From NCBI GenBank assembly GCA_001595785.1, contig LSSJ01000038.1, positions 3,020-67,019 of the forward strand: DNA of 64,000 bases, in the 5' to 3' direction. This stretch comes from Euryarchaeota archaeon SM23-78. Lineage in GTDB: Archaea > Nanobdellota > Nanobdellia > Woesearchaeales > SM23-78. The stretch's first letter is position 1, and each line of letters begins with the position of its first letter. Of this stretch, positions 18,518-26,806 are shown in pieces. A program made the translations under genes and the position numbers. The notes below the pieces were generated by a model, which had not been told where the DNA came from, ran no database searches, and was given only the letters and a program-made list of their open reading frames with translations.

Positions 18518-19303
18518 ATGCCCCTTTACCTCATTAGATACTCAGAGATAGGATTAAAAGGTAGAAACCGCGCTTACTTTGAAAAAAGATTAGTTGAGAA
18601 TATAAGAACTGTTTTGAAAGACAAAAGATTAAAACCAAAAATAAAACGATTACAAGGCAGACTTCTCTTAGATGTTGATAAAGAAATTGATTTAAAAAAT
18701 ATTTTTGGGATTTCTTCTTATAGTCCTTGTATCCAAACAAAAGCTGAGTTAAAAAAAATAAATTCAGAATCTTTAAGCCTAGTTAAAAAAAACCCAAAAA
18801 CCAAGACCTTTAGGATTAGTGCAAGAAGATTAGACAAAAGGTTTGCTCTTTCTTCTCTTGAACTTAATAACAAAGTCGGAGCCTTTATTGTAAAGAAGAC
18901 AAAACTAAAAGTTAGCTTGGAAAAACCAGACCTAGAAATTGGTGTTGAGATAATCAATGATAAAGCCTTTATTTTTTGCAAAACCCTGGCGGGTTTTGGA
19001 GGGTTACCAGTAGGTGTTGAAGGCAAGGCCTTATGTTTGGTATCAGATAAAAACTCTGTTTTAGCAGGCTTGCTTTTGATGAAGAGGGGTTGCTCTATAA
19101 TAACTGTTGAGGAGTCTAAAATAAAGAATTTAAAAGAGTTGGATGAACTTGCCAAAACCTTTAAGTGCAGAGCCCTTATTGTTCCTGACACATTACAAAG
19201 CTTAAAGGATTATCCTATTGATGTTCCTGTGCTAAGACCCCTAATCGCTTTTTCAGAGCAGGAGATAAAGCAAGAATTAGAAAAGTATAAAAGCATTCTT
19301 TGA
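18518..19303 (+). CDS. ThiI-like THUMP-domain protein with degenerate, truncated PP-loop domain
   Basis: The N-terminus MPLYLIRYSEIGLKGRNRAYFEKRLVENI is the ThiI N-terminal ferredoxin-like/THUMP signature. Where ThiI has SGGIDS, this protein reads LVSDKNS, and it ends about 90 aa later at 261 aa total. Confidence 0.6.
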   Translation: MPLYLIRYSEIGLKGRNRAYFEKRLVENIRTVLKDKRLKPKIKRLQGRLLLDVDKEIDLKNIFGISSYSPCIQTKAELKKINSESLSLVKKNPKTKTFRISARRLDKRFALSSLELNNKVGAFIVKKTKLKVSLEKPDLEIGVEIINDKAFIFCKTLAGFGGLPVGVEGKALCLVSDKNSVLAGLLLMKRGCSIITVEESKIKNLKELDELAKTFKCRALIVPDTLQSLKDYPIDVPVLRPLIAFSEQEIKQELEKYKSIL

Positions 19304-19316
19304 TTAAATATATATT

Positions 19317-19865
19317 ATGAAGCTTGACATAGTTATGCCAAAGGATAATGAGCAAGAACTTATTGAAATAGCTGAAAAACTAGGCTTTAAAGAACTAATC
19401 TTTCTTTATGAAGATTTGAAGGAGAAGCCCAAGAAGCTTAAGTCAAATAAGATTAAGACTTGGACTGCTGGCTTGGTTAAAAACATAAAAGAAGTTGATA
19501 AAGCCAAGAAGAACTTTGACTTCTTATTTGGAGTGACTCAAAGAAACTTTTTTGAGAACAAGAAGGTAAAGTACTTGATAAATGCTGAGATTTCAGAAAG
19601 CAATGACTTTGTTTATCAAAGAAGAGCAGGGCTTGATGATGTGATGTGCAGGCTTGCAAAGGAAAAAGATAAAGTGATTGTTTTTAACACCAAGCTCCTA
19701 ACCACAGATAAACATACATATATATTAGGCAGGATGATGCAGAACGCAAAGCTGTGCAGAAAATATAAAATAAAAACCTTAATAGCAACCCTTGCAAGCA
19801 CACCCTTAGAGATGAGAGCACCCAAAGACCTGGATGGATTAGCAAGGATGCTTAAACTCTTATAA
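19317..19865 (+). CDS. rnp3: RNase P protein component 3 (Rpp30/p30 family)
   Basis: 182 aa. GLDDVMCRLAKEKDKVIVFNTKLL...ILGRMMQNAKLCRKYKIKTLIATLASTPLEMRAPKDL aligns by eye with archaeal Rpp30 (GIDHVLAKL...V.LGFSLRPLL...A.KLV.KY.V...SSA......R.PRDL). Confidence 0.7.
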   Translation: MKLDIVMPKDNEQELIEIAEKLGFKELIFLYEDLKEKPKKLKSNKIKTWTAGLVKNIKEVDKAKKNFDFLFGVTQRNFFENKKVKYLINAEISESNDFVYQRRAGLDDVMCRLAKEKDKVIVFNTKLLTTDKHTYILGRMMQNAKLCRKYKIKTLIATLASTPLEMRAPKDLDGLARMLKLL

Positions 19866-19927
19866 TTTTCTTCTCATATACATCAATTATCGTTAAATTT
19901 AAATAGTATTCTTATCATTTTAAAGAT

Positions 19928-22900
19928 TTGAAAAAAATGGGTGGGTTTATGAGAATTAAAAAGGAGGTCCTCTTCTTATTCCTACCTATTATCCTGCTAG
20001 TTATAGGCTCTGGAAGTGTTGGTGCCGCTTGTGTAGGTAATAATATCTTTGATTGCTCCCAACACACCACTCAATCATCCTGTGATGCCAGTCCTTGCTG
20101 TGCATGGAATGCGGCCTGGCTTTCAGGGGTTTGTATAAAAAAGAACTGTGCAAACATTGCCTCTGGTTCATGCGGAACCTGTTGTGATCCTGGAACACGA
20201 GATAGAATTGTTTGTGGTTATCAAAACAAGCCAGATGATCATGATGAGATGGACAAATTCTATTGCTGTGAAATATCAGGGGTGACTATTGATTATGGAG
20301 ATACTCATGAAAAAGACCCTGTTAATGTAGATGATTTTGAGCATTGTGATTATGGATATGCTATGTGTGGTTTTAAAAATAGCAAGAATAATGACCAGTT
20401 AACAGCGTTTCATTGTTGTAAAATTGTTGAGCCTGTAACTCTTGGAGCGTTTCGTTTAGCTGATTCAGATCAAGACGGAGGCAGTGCTTATGGTAATTCC
20501 AATGAAGTTGCTGTTCGCGCAACCAATGACCAAAGCGTAGAAGATGGGGTTGTTGCTTTAGACACTCTTCATTTTAGGACAATTACCCGTAATGACGGAA
20601 CCCCAGTATCCATTGATACCTCTAGCAGAGTGCTCGTTGATATTGCTGTTCCTCATGATTCAAAATTTTGTGATGCTGGTAGCCCTCCCCAACCTGAAAA
20701 CACCTTTCCTTGTGATGATTGCAAAACTAATCCTTCTAAACCTGGCTGTGCTGAGTGCTGCCAGTGCGGTGATGGCACGGGTACTGGTACTCCTAGTGGG
20801 GGTGGTGGCTGCTTCCTTGCTGGCACCAAGATTACCATGAGCGGTGGTTCTTTAAAAAACATTGAGGAAATCCAAATAGGAGATGTTGTCAAGGCTTATG
20901 ACAGTGAAAACCAGCGAATGGTTGCTGGCACTGTTACCAAGTTATTCCACCATTCTCCTGATGAAATGCTGCTTTCTTATTATCTTATTATTAATAATAA
21001 TCTTAGAGTTACGCCTGAGCATAGAGTTTTTACTGATAAAGGCCTGGTCTGGGCCAAAGCCTTGGCTTTTGGCTCTGTTTTGATTGATGAGAATGGAGAA
21101 CAGATAATGGTTGCTTCAATTGAAAAAGTGTACGAAAGAGTTCCAACCTATAATTTTGAGGTTGAAGAGTATAATACTTATTTTGCAGAGGGCTTTGCTG
21201 TGCACAATGCAAAAGCAATAGGCGACTGCGGTGACGGCTGGTGTGACCCTACAGAAGACAGCGCTACTTGTTATCAAGACTGCGGACACCTAGCAATGGC
21301 AGGACCCTCTCCTTCCCTGGACTTTGATTTAGGCAGCGCAATAACTGGCTTTGTTATAAAAGATGTTTCTGACTGCCCTAACAATGATATTATTCCTCAG
21401 GAATGTAAGGATATATATACTGTTCATGCAGGTATTTGTGGATGCGGCACCAAGCCAGCTGCTTGTCATTTAAGAGACCAAACGACTTGCCAGGCAGACT
21501 CTGATTGCAGATGGTGCGAACAGCCAACAGACACCATCAATTATCCTTATGCTTTTCCAATTCTTAACAGCACTGCTGCCACTGATTCTGCTTCTTGTGT
21601 TAATATTACCTGGGATGTTTTTAATTGCGGCCAATGCGGCTTTCCAGGAGGAGGAGCGCCTGTTACCCAGAACAATAAGGGTTTTTGTCCTGCAAATAAG
21701 CCTTATTGTGTGAAAGGAGAATGTAAGAGTAAAAGCCAAGCCAAAAGCCTTGGTTGGGACCAGGTTTATATTCCTGAAGAGCTAACTGATAATGGAGATT
21801 TTAACCCTGTTTATCGTTATGATGTAAAAAGCAGTGGAGGAGCCTATTATTCCGAGTGGTATGATAATTCTGGTAATGTGGCTGGTCAAACCCTGCCCAC
21901 TTATCTTTTACATGATATTGGGTCTAATGAAAATATTTGTTCTTTAGCCACTGGCGGTAGTTATAGCTTTGACTCTGCCTATGGTTGTTGTGGTGATAAG
22001 AAATGTTATGAGAAAGGAGGCACTGTTTGTAACACTGGTGCTATTTGTGATGGTAGCCAGTGGCATATTGCTTCTAACACAAACCAGCATGGAGAAGTCT
22101 TTCTTCTTGATAATTGCGAAGTTTTATGGGATAATTATCCTGTTGCTAATGTAGAAGGCACCTTTGTAAGATGTGTTGATAAAGATAGGGAAGGAAACTA
22201 TATGGCTGGGCGTTTGATTGGTACGCCTATTTGTTCTCCATCATACCCAGACTATGAGGGACAAGGCATTGATCCAGGTATTGCAGGCTTTATGCAGTAT
22301 GCTTGCAGTGCTGGTGAATATAGTGTGGGTGGTTTTAGAGCCATGCCTGACAACACGTGTGCTGGACATGGCCAGAATGTAGGAGACCTTCAACAATCAG
22401 ATATTGATGTACATTATGTTTGTGATTTGGATGTGGTTGATGATACTGCGTTTGCTTTTGCATATATTGTGGATACAGGCGGATTAGGTGGGAATAATGT
22501 AGCACCAGGCATTATTGGACGAGAAGGTGAAGACAGAAGTGTTGTGACTTATGAGCAATGTCCTGCAGGCATTACTTCTACCTGGGCAACAGGAGAAGAT
22601 TCTATGAGCACACCAGCTATTGTGCCTTGCCCTGGAAAACTAAAGGTTAATCCTATTAGTTTTAGTAATATCTATTATTATATTGAAAAACCAACCATTC
22701 CTAGGACATGGGGTTGGTCTCTTGGAAGACAATATCCTACTGCTGGCAGAACCCTACAAATTTGTAGAGCGCCTGACCCTACAGACCCAACAGACACGCC
22801 TGGTATGCATTCATTAAGAACCATGAAATATGTGCTTGGAGATGGTAGCAGCATGGGTCGTGTTAATGATCATGAGTATGTTTGTTATACAGATGAGAGC

Positions 22901-25645
22901 CTGCCTCCTCCAGATCAAGATAATGGTGTAAGAGCAAGGATAGGTATTTGTTGTGGAGGAGATAATTGTAATGGTATTCTGGGGGATATTGGCTCTAATG
23001 GAAAAAAATATTATCCTGGTGATTATGTGAATGTGAGTGGTAATGCGCTTTACTGCTTAAACAATGGCAGGTGGAGTTATGACTTGGATGATGAAACTAG
23101 ACAAAGCGAGTGTGCTGCACACTTTAGTGCCACAGACACTTATTGCTGTTCAGAAGGAGATGATACCACTAATTGGCTAAGTGAATCTTATAATGATCCA
23201 AACAGTAGTGTAGGCGCTTGTTTTAAGGGTGAGCCTCAATACAATGACCAGTATCTTAAATATAAAGGTCTTGATTACTCAAACGCATTTGTGAGCAATG
23301 GAACCTTTTATGGCTGTGGTTTTAATGATTCATTATTTATCTCAGAGTTTAAAATAGCAGAAGACCCTGGCTTAATGCCTGTAACAGGCAGCGTGGTTGC
23401 TAGTGCTCCTTTATTTGGCATTACTGGTTTTGGTGTTGAAGACATTCCTCCTTGGAATGATGGTCCTACATGCGAAGCAGCAGGTTGGGGCTGGGCTCTG
23501 GCTGCTGTTGGTACTGCAGGTATAGATTATTGTGATGATGATAATATAAATCAAGGACGCACACCTCAAGGAGGGCCTTATGCTTTGATTTGCACAGGCG
23601 GAGGCACTGGTTACTTATTGAACTCAGCTGTTGGCACTTGGAGTGGTGATAATCCAAGTAGTTGTGTAAATGACTTGACTCCTGGTAAAATAATCAAGCA
23701 GATTAGTTGTAATGGAAATCCTGTGCCTATTACCAATAGTGAAAGATTAAGCGCGACTCATTTAGGAGTATCAGGAGACTCTTCAAGAATAAGGCTTTGT
23801 GATAAGGGTGCAAGTTCGAGTCCTCCTGCCTTGGGCACAGTTCCTGCAAGCTCTTTAAGCACATGTATAAAAGAGTGTATCACAGAGATGTGTCATAACA
23901 CAGCTATAGGGCAAGAGCAGTGTAATGATCTTTGTGATCCGTCTGTACAGACCAAGCCTTGTGATATGAGTGATTGCCTTGGTCTTTCTTCTAACACAAA
24001 TGTTAATTGCAATAAAAATCCTTGCAAGGATTGTGCTGCTTGGTGTAATGTAGCAGCAACCCTTTGTAGTGGTGTTTGTAAACCTAATCATTATGTTGGC
24101 TGGGCTTGTTATCCACCTAGACCAGAACAACCCTTGGAATGTAGGAAATGCACTTACCCAATCATGCATGCAGGAGATACAAAAGAACCCCTTGTTTTCT
24201 GTGAAATGATAAATGATTCCAAGAAAACCACGCTTTGTGATTTAAATGCTTCTGGAAGAGTTAGTCATGCTTGCTTGCAAAACGTTGAGGATTGGCCTAA
24301 CCCAGGCACTGGGTGTAATGATACAAGAACAGGAGAGCCTTTAATAAAAGAAACAGATTATTGTACTATTCTTGGCAGCTCTTTTGGAGATGTTTATTGT
24401 TCTTATAATAATGCCTGGGAGAATACTGGTGGCAAGAATCTTTCTCATAAATCAGTTGTGCCTGGTCCTCTATTGGAGCTCTTTGTAAACATAACTCAGA
24501 ATCCTGATTTGCAACCAGCTAATTGTTGTGAGCCACAACAATGCTGGGATCCATCTGCAGACGGAGGCCAGGGTAAATGCATTCAACCCCAAGCAGGAGC
24601 CACTGTGTTTTACCAGGTGAATGGTACTGATAGATATCAGTGCTTGAATGGGGTATGGATTAATGTGCTTGGTGAAGGACAAAGAACCCCTGATAATTGT
24701 TATGCAGGTTATTGTCCAGAGTCAGGCCAGTGTTTGTATGATATTAATGGGCTTCCTGCTTTTAACAACAATGTTAGCCCTGGTGCACAACCCCAATGTA
24801 TAAAGAGTGGCCAATACATTGGTGACCTTGCTTGTGTTAGTGGTGAGTGGACTACTAGGACCAAGTTGTTGGCTATGAAGCTAGCTTCTATTGTCACAAA
24901 CCAGGTAGATGACTTTGTGCTTATGTGCGCACCTCAAGACGAGATTCTTATTAACCTGCAGAACTTTGGAGCCACTAATAATTATTGCGTGCTTAACTAT
25001 GAAGGTCAGAGGATATTAGGGACCACGCTTAACCAGCCCTTGTATGACCCTGTTACAAACGATGACTTTCTTACTGCTCTTGAGCAGAGCTTCTTATTAT
25101 CATATCCAGATGCAGCCACCCTTGATTTAAGTGGATGCCACAATGCTGATAAATTTCAAAGATGTGTTAATCACGAATACCTAAAAGTATATTATGATAG
25201 TACTAATAAAATGATTATTTTTAGTGATGAAGAAGTTTATGGCTTAACCCCTGGCTTTGGACAAACTATTTGCAATCTTCTTCCTTCCTGGCTCAAATGG
25301 CTCTGCCCAGGACCTACTAATCTTGAGGCAAGCCTAGAAGACCTCCAGCTTTTTAACAAGGTGTATGCTGCTAGGGAAGTGGTTGCAACCACAAGCAGAG
25401 AGGTGTTTGGAGTTGCAGAGCACATGTGTGATGACCCCTTAACCTACCCGCCTGTGTGGCGCTACTCTTTTAACTATACAGGTTTTTCTTCAGCAGACCT
25501 TGATTATCTTGTTAGATATGTTATTGCTAAGGACGCCATAATTACCCAGTCACAGAATCATATTTTTATCAAGGAACCAGACCCAAAGCTTAAGCCACGC
25601 ATCTGGACCTCACTCATACTTCTAAGAAACCCTGAGCAAGAATAA
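19928..25645 (+). CDS. Giant secreted cysteine-rich surface protein (1905 aa) with an internal Hint/BIL domain
   Basis: Uninterrupted 5.7-kb ORF. The TTG at 19928 is the track start; ATG 19937 or 19949 (MRIKKEVLFLFLPIILLVIGSGSVGAAC, a Sec-type signal) is more likely. Cys content is very high throughout, and there is no TM anchor at the C-terminus. Confidence 0.85.
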   Translation: MKKMGGFMRIKKEVLFLFLPIILLVIGSGSVGAACVGNNIFDCSQHTTQSSCDASPCCAWNAAWLSGVCIKKNCANIASGSCGTCCDPGTRDRIVCGYQNKPDDHDEMDKFYCCEISGVTIDYGDTHEKDPVNVDDFEHCDYGYAMCGFKNSKNNDQLTAFHCCKIVEPVTLGAFRLADSDQDGGSAYGNSNEVAVRATNDQSVEDGVVALDTLHFRTITRNDGTPVSIDTSSRVLVDIAVPHDSKFCDAGSPPQPENTFPCDDCKTNPSKPGCAECCQCGDGTGTGTPSGGGGCFLAGTKITMSGGSLKNIEEIQIGDVVKAYDSENQRMVAGTVTKLFHHSPDEMLLSYYLIINNNLRVTPEHRVFTDKGLVWAKALAFGSVLIDENGEQIMVASIEKVYERVPTYNFEVEEYNTYFAEGFAVHNAKAIGDCGDGWCDPTEDSATCYQDCGHLAMAGPSPSLDFDLGSAITGFVIKDVSDCPNNDIIPQECKDIYTVHAGICGCGTKPAACHLRDQTTCQADSDCRWCEQPTDTINYPYAFPILNSTAATDSASCVNITWDVFNCGQCGFPGGGAPVTQNNKGFCPANKPYCVKGECKSKSQAKSLGWDQVYIPEELTDNGDFNPVYRYDVKSSGGAYYSEWYDNSGNVAGQTLPTYLLHDIGSNENICSLATGGSYSFDSAYGCCGDKKCYEKGGTVCNTGAICDGSQWHIASNTNQHGEVFLLDNCEVLWDNYPVANVEGTFVRCVDKDREGNYMAGRLIGTPICSPSYPDYEGQGIDPGIAGFMQYACSAGEYSVGGFRAMPDNTCAGHGQNVGDLQQSDIDVHYVCDLDVVDDTAFAFAYIVDTGGLGGNNVAPGIIGREGEDRSVVTYEQCPAGITSTWATGEDSMSTPAIVPCPGKLKVNPISFSNIYYYIEKPTIPRTWGWSLGRQYPTAGRTLQICRAPDPTDPTDTPGMHSLRTMKYVLGDGSSMGRVNDHEYVCYTDESLPPPDQDNGVRARIGICCGGDNCNGILGDIGSNGKKYYPGDYVNVSGNALYCLNNGRWSYDLDDETRQSECAAHFSATDTYCCSEGDDTTNWLSESYNDPNSSVGACFKGEPQYNDQYLKYKGLDYSNAFVSNGTFYGCGFNDSLFISEFKIAEDPGLMPVTGSVVASAPLFGITGFGVEDIPPWNDGPTCEAAGWGWALAAVGTAGIDYCDDDNINQGRTPQGGPYALICTGGGTGYLLNSAVGTWSGDNPSSCVNDLTPGKIIKQISCNGNPVPITNSERLSATHLGVSGDSSRIRLCDKGASSSPPALGTVPASSLSTCIKECITEMCHNTAIGQEQCNDLCDPSVQTKPCDMSDCLGLSSNTNVNCNKNPCKDCAAWCNVAATLCSGVCKPNHYVGWACYPPRPEQPLECRKCTYPIMHAGDTKEPLVFCEMINDSKKTTLCDLNASGRVSHACLQNVEDWPNPGTGCNDTRTGEPLIKETDYCTILGSSFGDVYCSYNNAWENTGGKNLSHKSVVPGPLLELFVNITQNPDLQPANCCEPQQCWDPSADGGQGKCIQPQAGATVFYQVNGTDRYQCLNGVWINVLGEGQRTPDNCYAGYCPESGQCLYDINGLPAFNNNVSPGAQPQCIKSGQYIGDLACVSGEWTTRTKLLAMKLASIVTNQVDDFVLMCAPQDEILINLQNFGATNNYCVLNYEGQRILGTTLNQPLYDPVTNDDFLTALEQSFLLSYPDAATLDLSGCHNADKFQRCVNHEYLKVYYDSTNKMIIFSDEEVYGLTPGFGQTICNLLPSWLKWLCPGPTNLEASLEDLQLFNKVYAAREVVATTSREVFGVAEHMCDDPLTYPPVWRYSFNYTGFSSADLDYLVRYVIAKDAIITQSQNHIFIKEPDPKLKPRIWTSLILLRNPEQE
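20810..21208 (+). other. Hint (intein/Hedgehog-like, BIL-type) autoprocessing domain, 133 aa, inside the giant ORF
   Basis: GGGG|CFLAGTKITMSGG (block A with Gly-Cys-Phe junction), VTPEHRVF (TxxH block B) and YNFEVEEYNTYFAEGFAVHN|A (blocks F/G ending in His-Asn). The +1 residue is Ala, not Cys/Ser/Thr. There is no endonuclease domain. Confidence 0.8.
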
Positions 25646-25734
25646 TGAGACAAGAGAAACAGGATAAAAGAATCAGATAGAATCAGATAATTAAAAGGTG
25701 TTTTTTATGCTATTATTTTTTGAGGTGAGTGATT

Positions 25735-26595
25735 ATGAGAAAAGCTGCTTATGCTGGCTTGTTCTATCCTAAAACTATTGCTAGTCTTAGCAAGATGCTA
25801 GAAGAATGCTTTACTAATAAATTAGGACCAGGCGCTCTTCCTAGCAAGCCAAGACCAGGGGCAAAGTCACTAAAAGCAGCTATCTCTCCTCATGCAGGCT
25901 ATGTTTATAGTGGGATGGCAGCTGCCTGGAGTTATAAAGCCTTAGCAGAAGCAGAGCTTCCTGACTTGTTCATCCTCCTAGGTCCTAATCACCGCAGTAA
26001 TGAATCAGGTGTTTCATTGGAAACCTTTGAAACCCCTCTTGGCTTTGTAAGACCAGACCAGGAGTTTGGAAAAGCCCTTGTGAAAAAAGATAACATAGTA
26101 ATTAATGAAAGGATTCATGCGCATGAGCACAGCCTAGAAGTACAATTGCCTTTTTTACAATTTGCTTTTGGTACTAGAGCTGAGAAAATAAAGATTCTTC
26201 CATTACTAGTATCAGATGACCTAGACCTTGACAAAGCAGCCAAGGACTTAAAAGAAACAATTAGTGAGATGAAGAGAAAAGTCACTTTTATTGTGAGCAC
26301 TGATTTTACACATTATGGCTTTAGTTATGGTTACATGCCATTTAGTGATAATATCAAAGAAAACCTCTCAAAACTGGATAAAGGAGCCATTAACTTAATA
26401 CTAAAAGGAGATGCTCAAGGATTTGAAAAATATATTCATAAGACAGGAGCAAGCATATGCGGTTACCTACCCATAATCTTGCTCTTAAAAATCATTACCT
26501 TTGATAAAGCCTCCTTAGAGCAGTACTATACCTCAGGAGATGTTGTTGGTGATTATAGTAATAGTGTGAGTTATGCGAGCATTGTGCTTAGGTAA
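25735..26595 (+). CDS. MEMO1-family protein (AmmeMemoRadiSam system protein B)
   Basis: MRKAAYAGLFYPK...ISPHAGYVYSG...EHSLEVQLPFLQ are the family motifs. ATG 25735 lies 6 nt after GAGGTGA; the track start 25729 is a GTG. Confidence 0.85.
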   Translation: MRKAAYAGLFYPKTIASLSKMLEECFTNKLGPGALPSKPRPGAKSLKAAISPHAGYVYSGMAAAWSYKALAEAELPDLFILLGPNHRSNESGVSLETFETPLGFVRPDQEFGKALVKKDNIVINERIHAHEHSLEVQLPFLQFAFGTRAEKIKILPLLVSDDLDLDKAAKDLKETISEMKRKVTFIVSTDFTHYGFSYGYMPFSDNIKENLSKLDKGAINLILKGDAQGFEKYIHKTGASICGYLPIILLLKIITFDKASLEQYYTSGDVVGDYSNSVSYASIVLR

Positions 26596-26621
26596 GCCGG
26601 TCTGGTGTTTGAGGACCGATG
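26596..26621 (+). repeat. Post-stop motif family B copy (GCCGGTCTGGTGTTTGAGGACCGATG)
   Basis: Immediately follows the stop at 26593-26595. The same GTCYGGYGTTTGAGRAC box follows the stops of hydG (49763-49789) and porD (59531-59557, minus strand). Confidence 0.6.
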
Positions 26622-26645
26622 AATTATTAAATTTAAAAAATAAAG

Positions 26646-26786
26646 GTGTTCAAAAAAAGTGCCCGCTCGGGCCTACTTATGACACCGAGGGCTCCACCTC
26701 CCCGTAGGGGGCACGTCCCCCTGTTCCGCTTTGATTATTAAACGGATATATGCCCTCGCAAATTGGCACTTACTTTTTTTGAACAC
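26646..26786 (-). ncRNA. Structured GC-rich element, copy 1 of 3 (unknown family; candidate ncRNA)
   Basis: The reverse complement aligns with 37430-37587 and 38680-38813. A 15-bp closing stem (GTGTTCAAAAAAAGT at 26646-26660 pairs with ACTTTTTTTGAACAC at 26772-26786) encloses conserved inner helices. No ORF of 60 aa or more covers it. Confidence 0.6.
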
Positions 26787-26806
26787 TATTAAAAATTACA
26801 AATAAA

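Noticed and set aside
19928-25645. The Hint domain at 20810-21208 might be a canonical self-splicing mini-intein.
   Set aside because: The +1 residue is Ala, and the flanks (poly-Gly / AKAIGDCGDG) are not a conserved catalytic site of a housekeeping protein. It is called a BIL/Hog-like autoprocessing domain instead.
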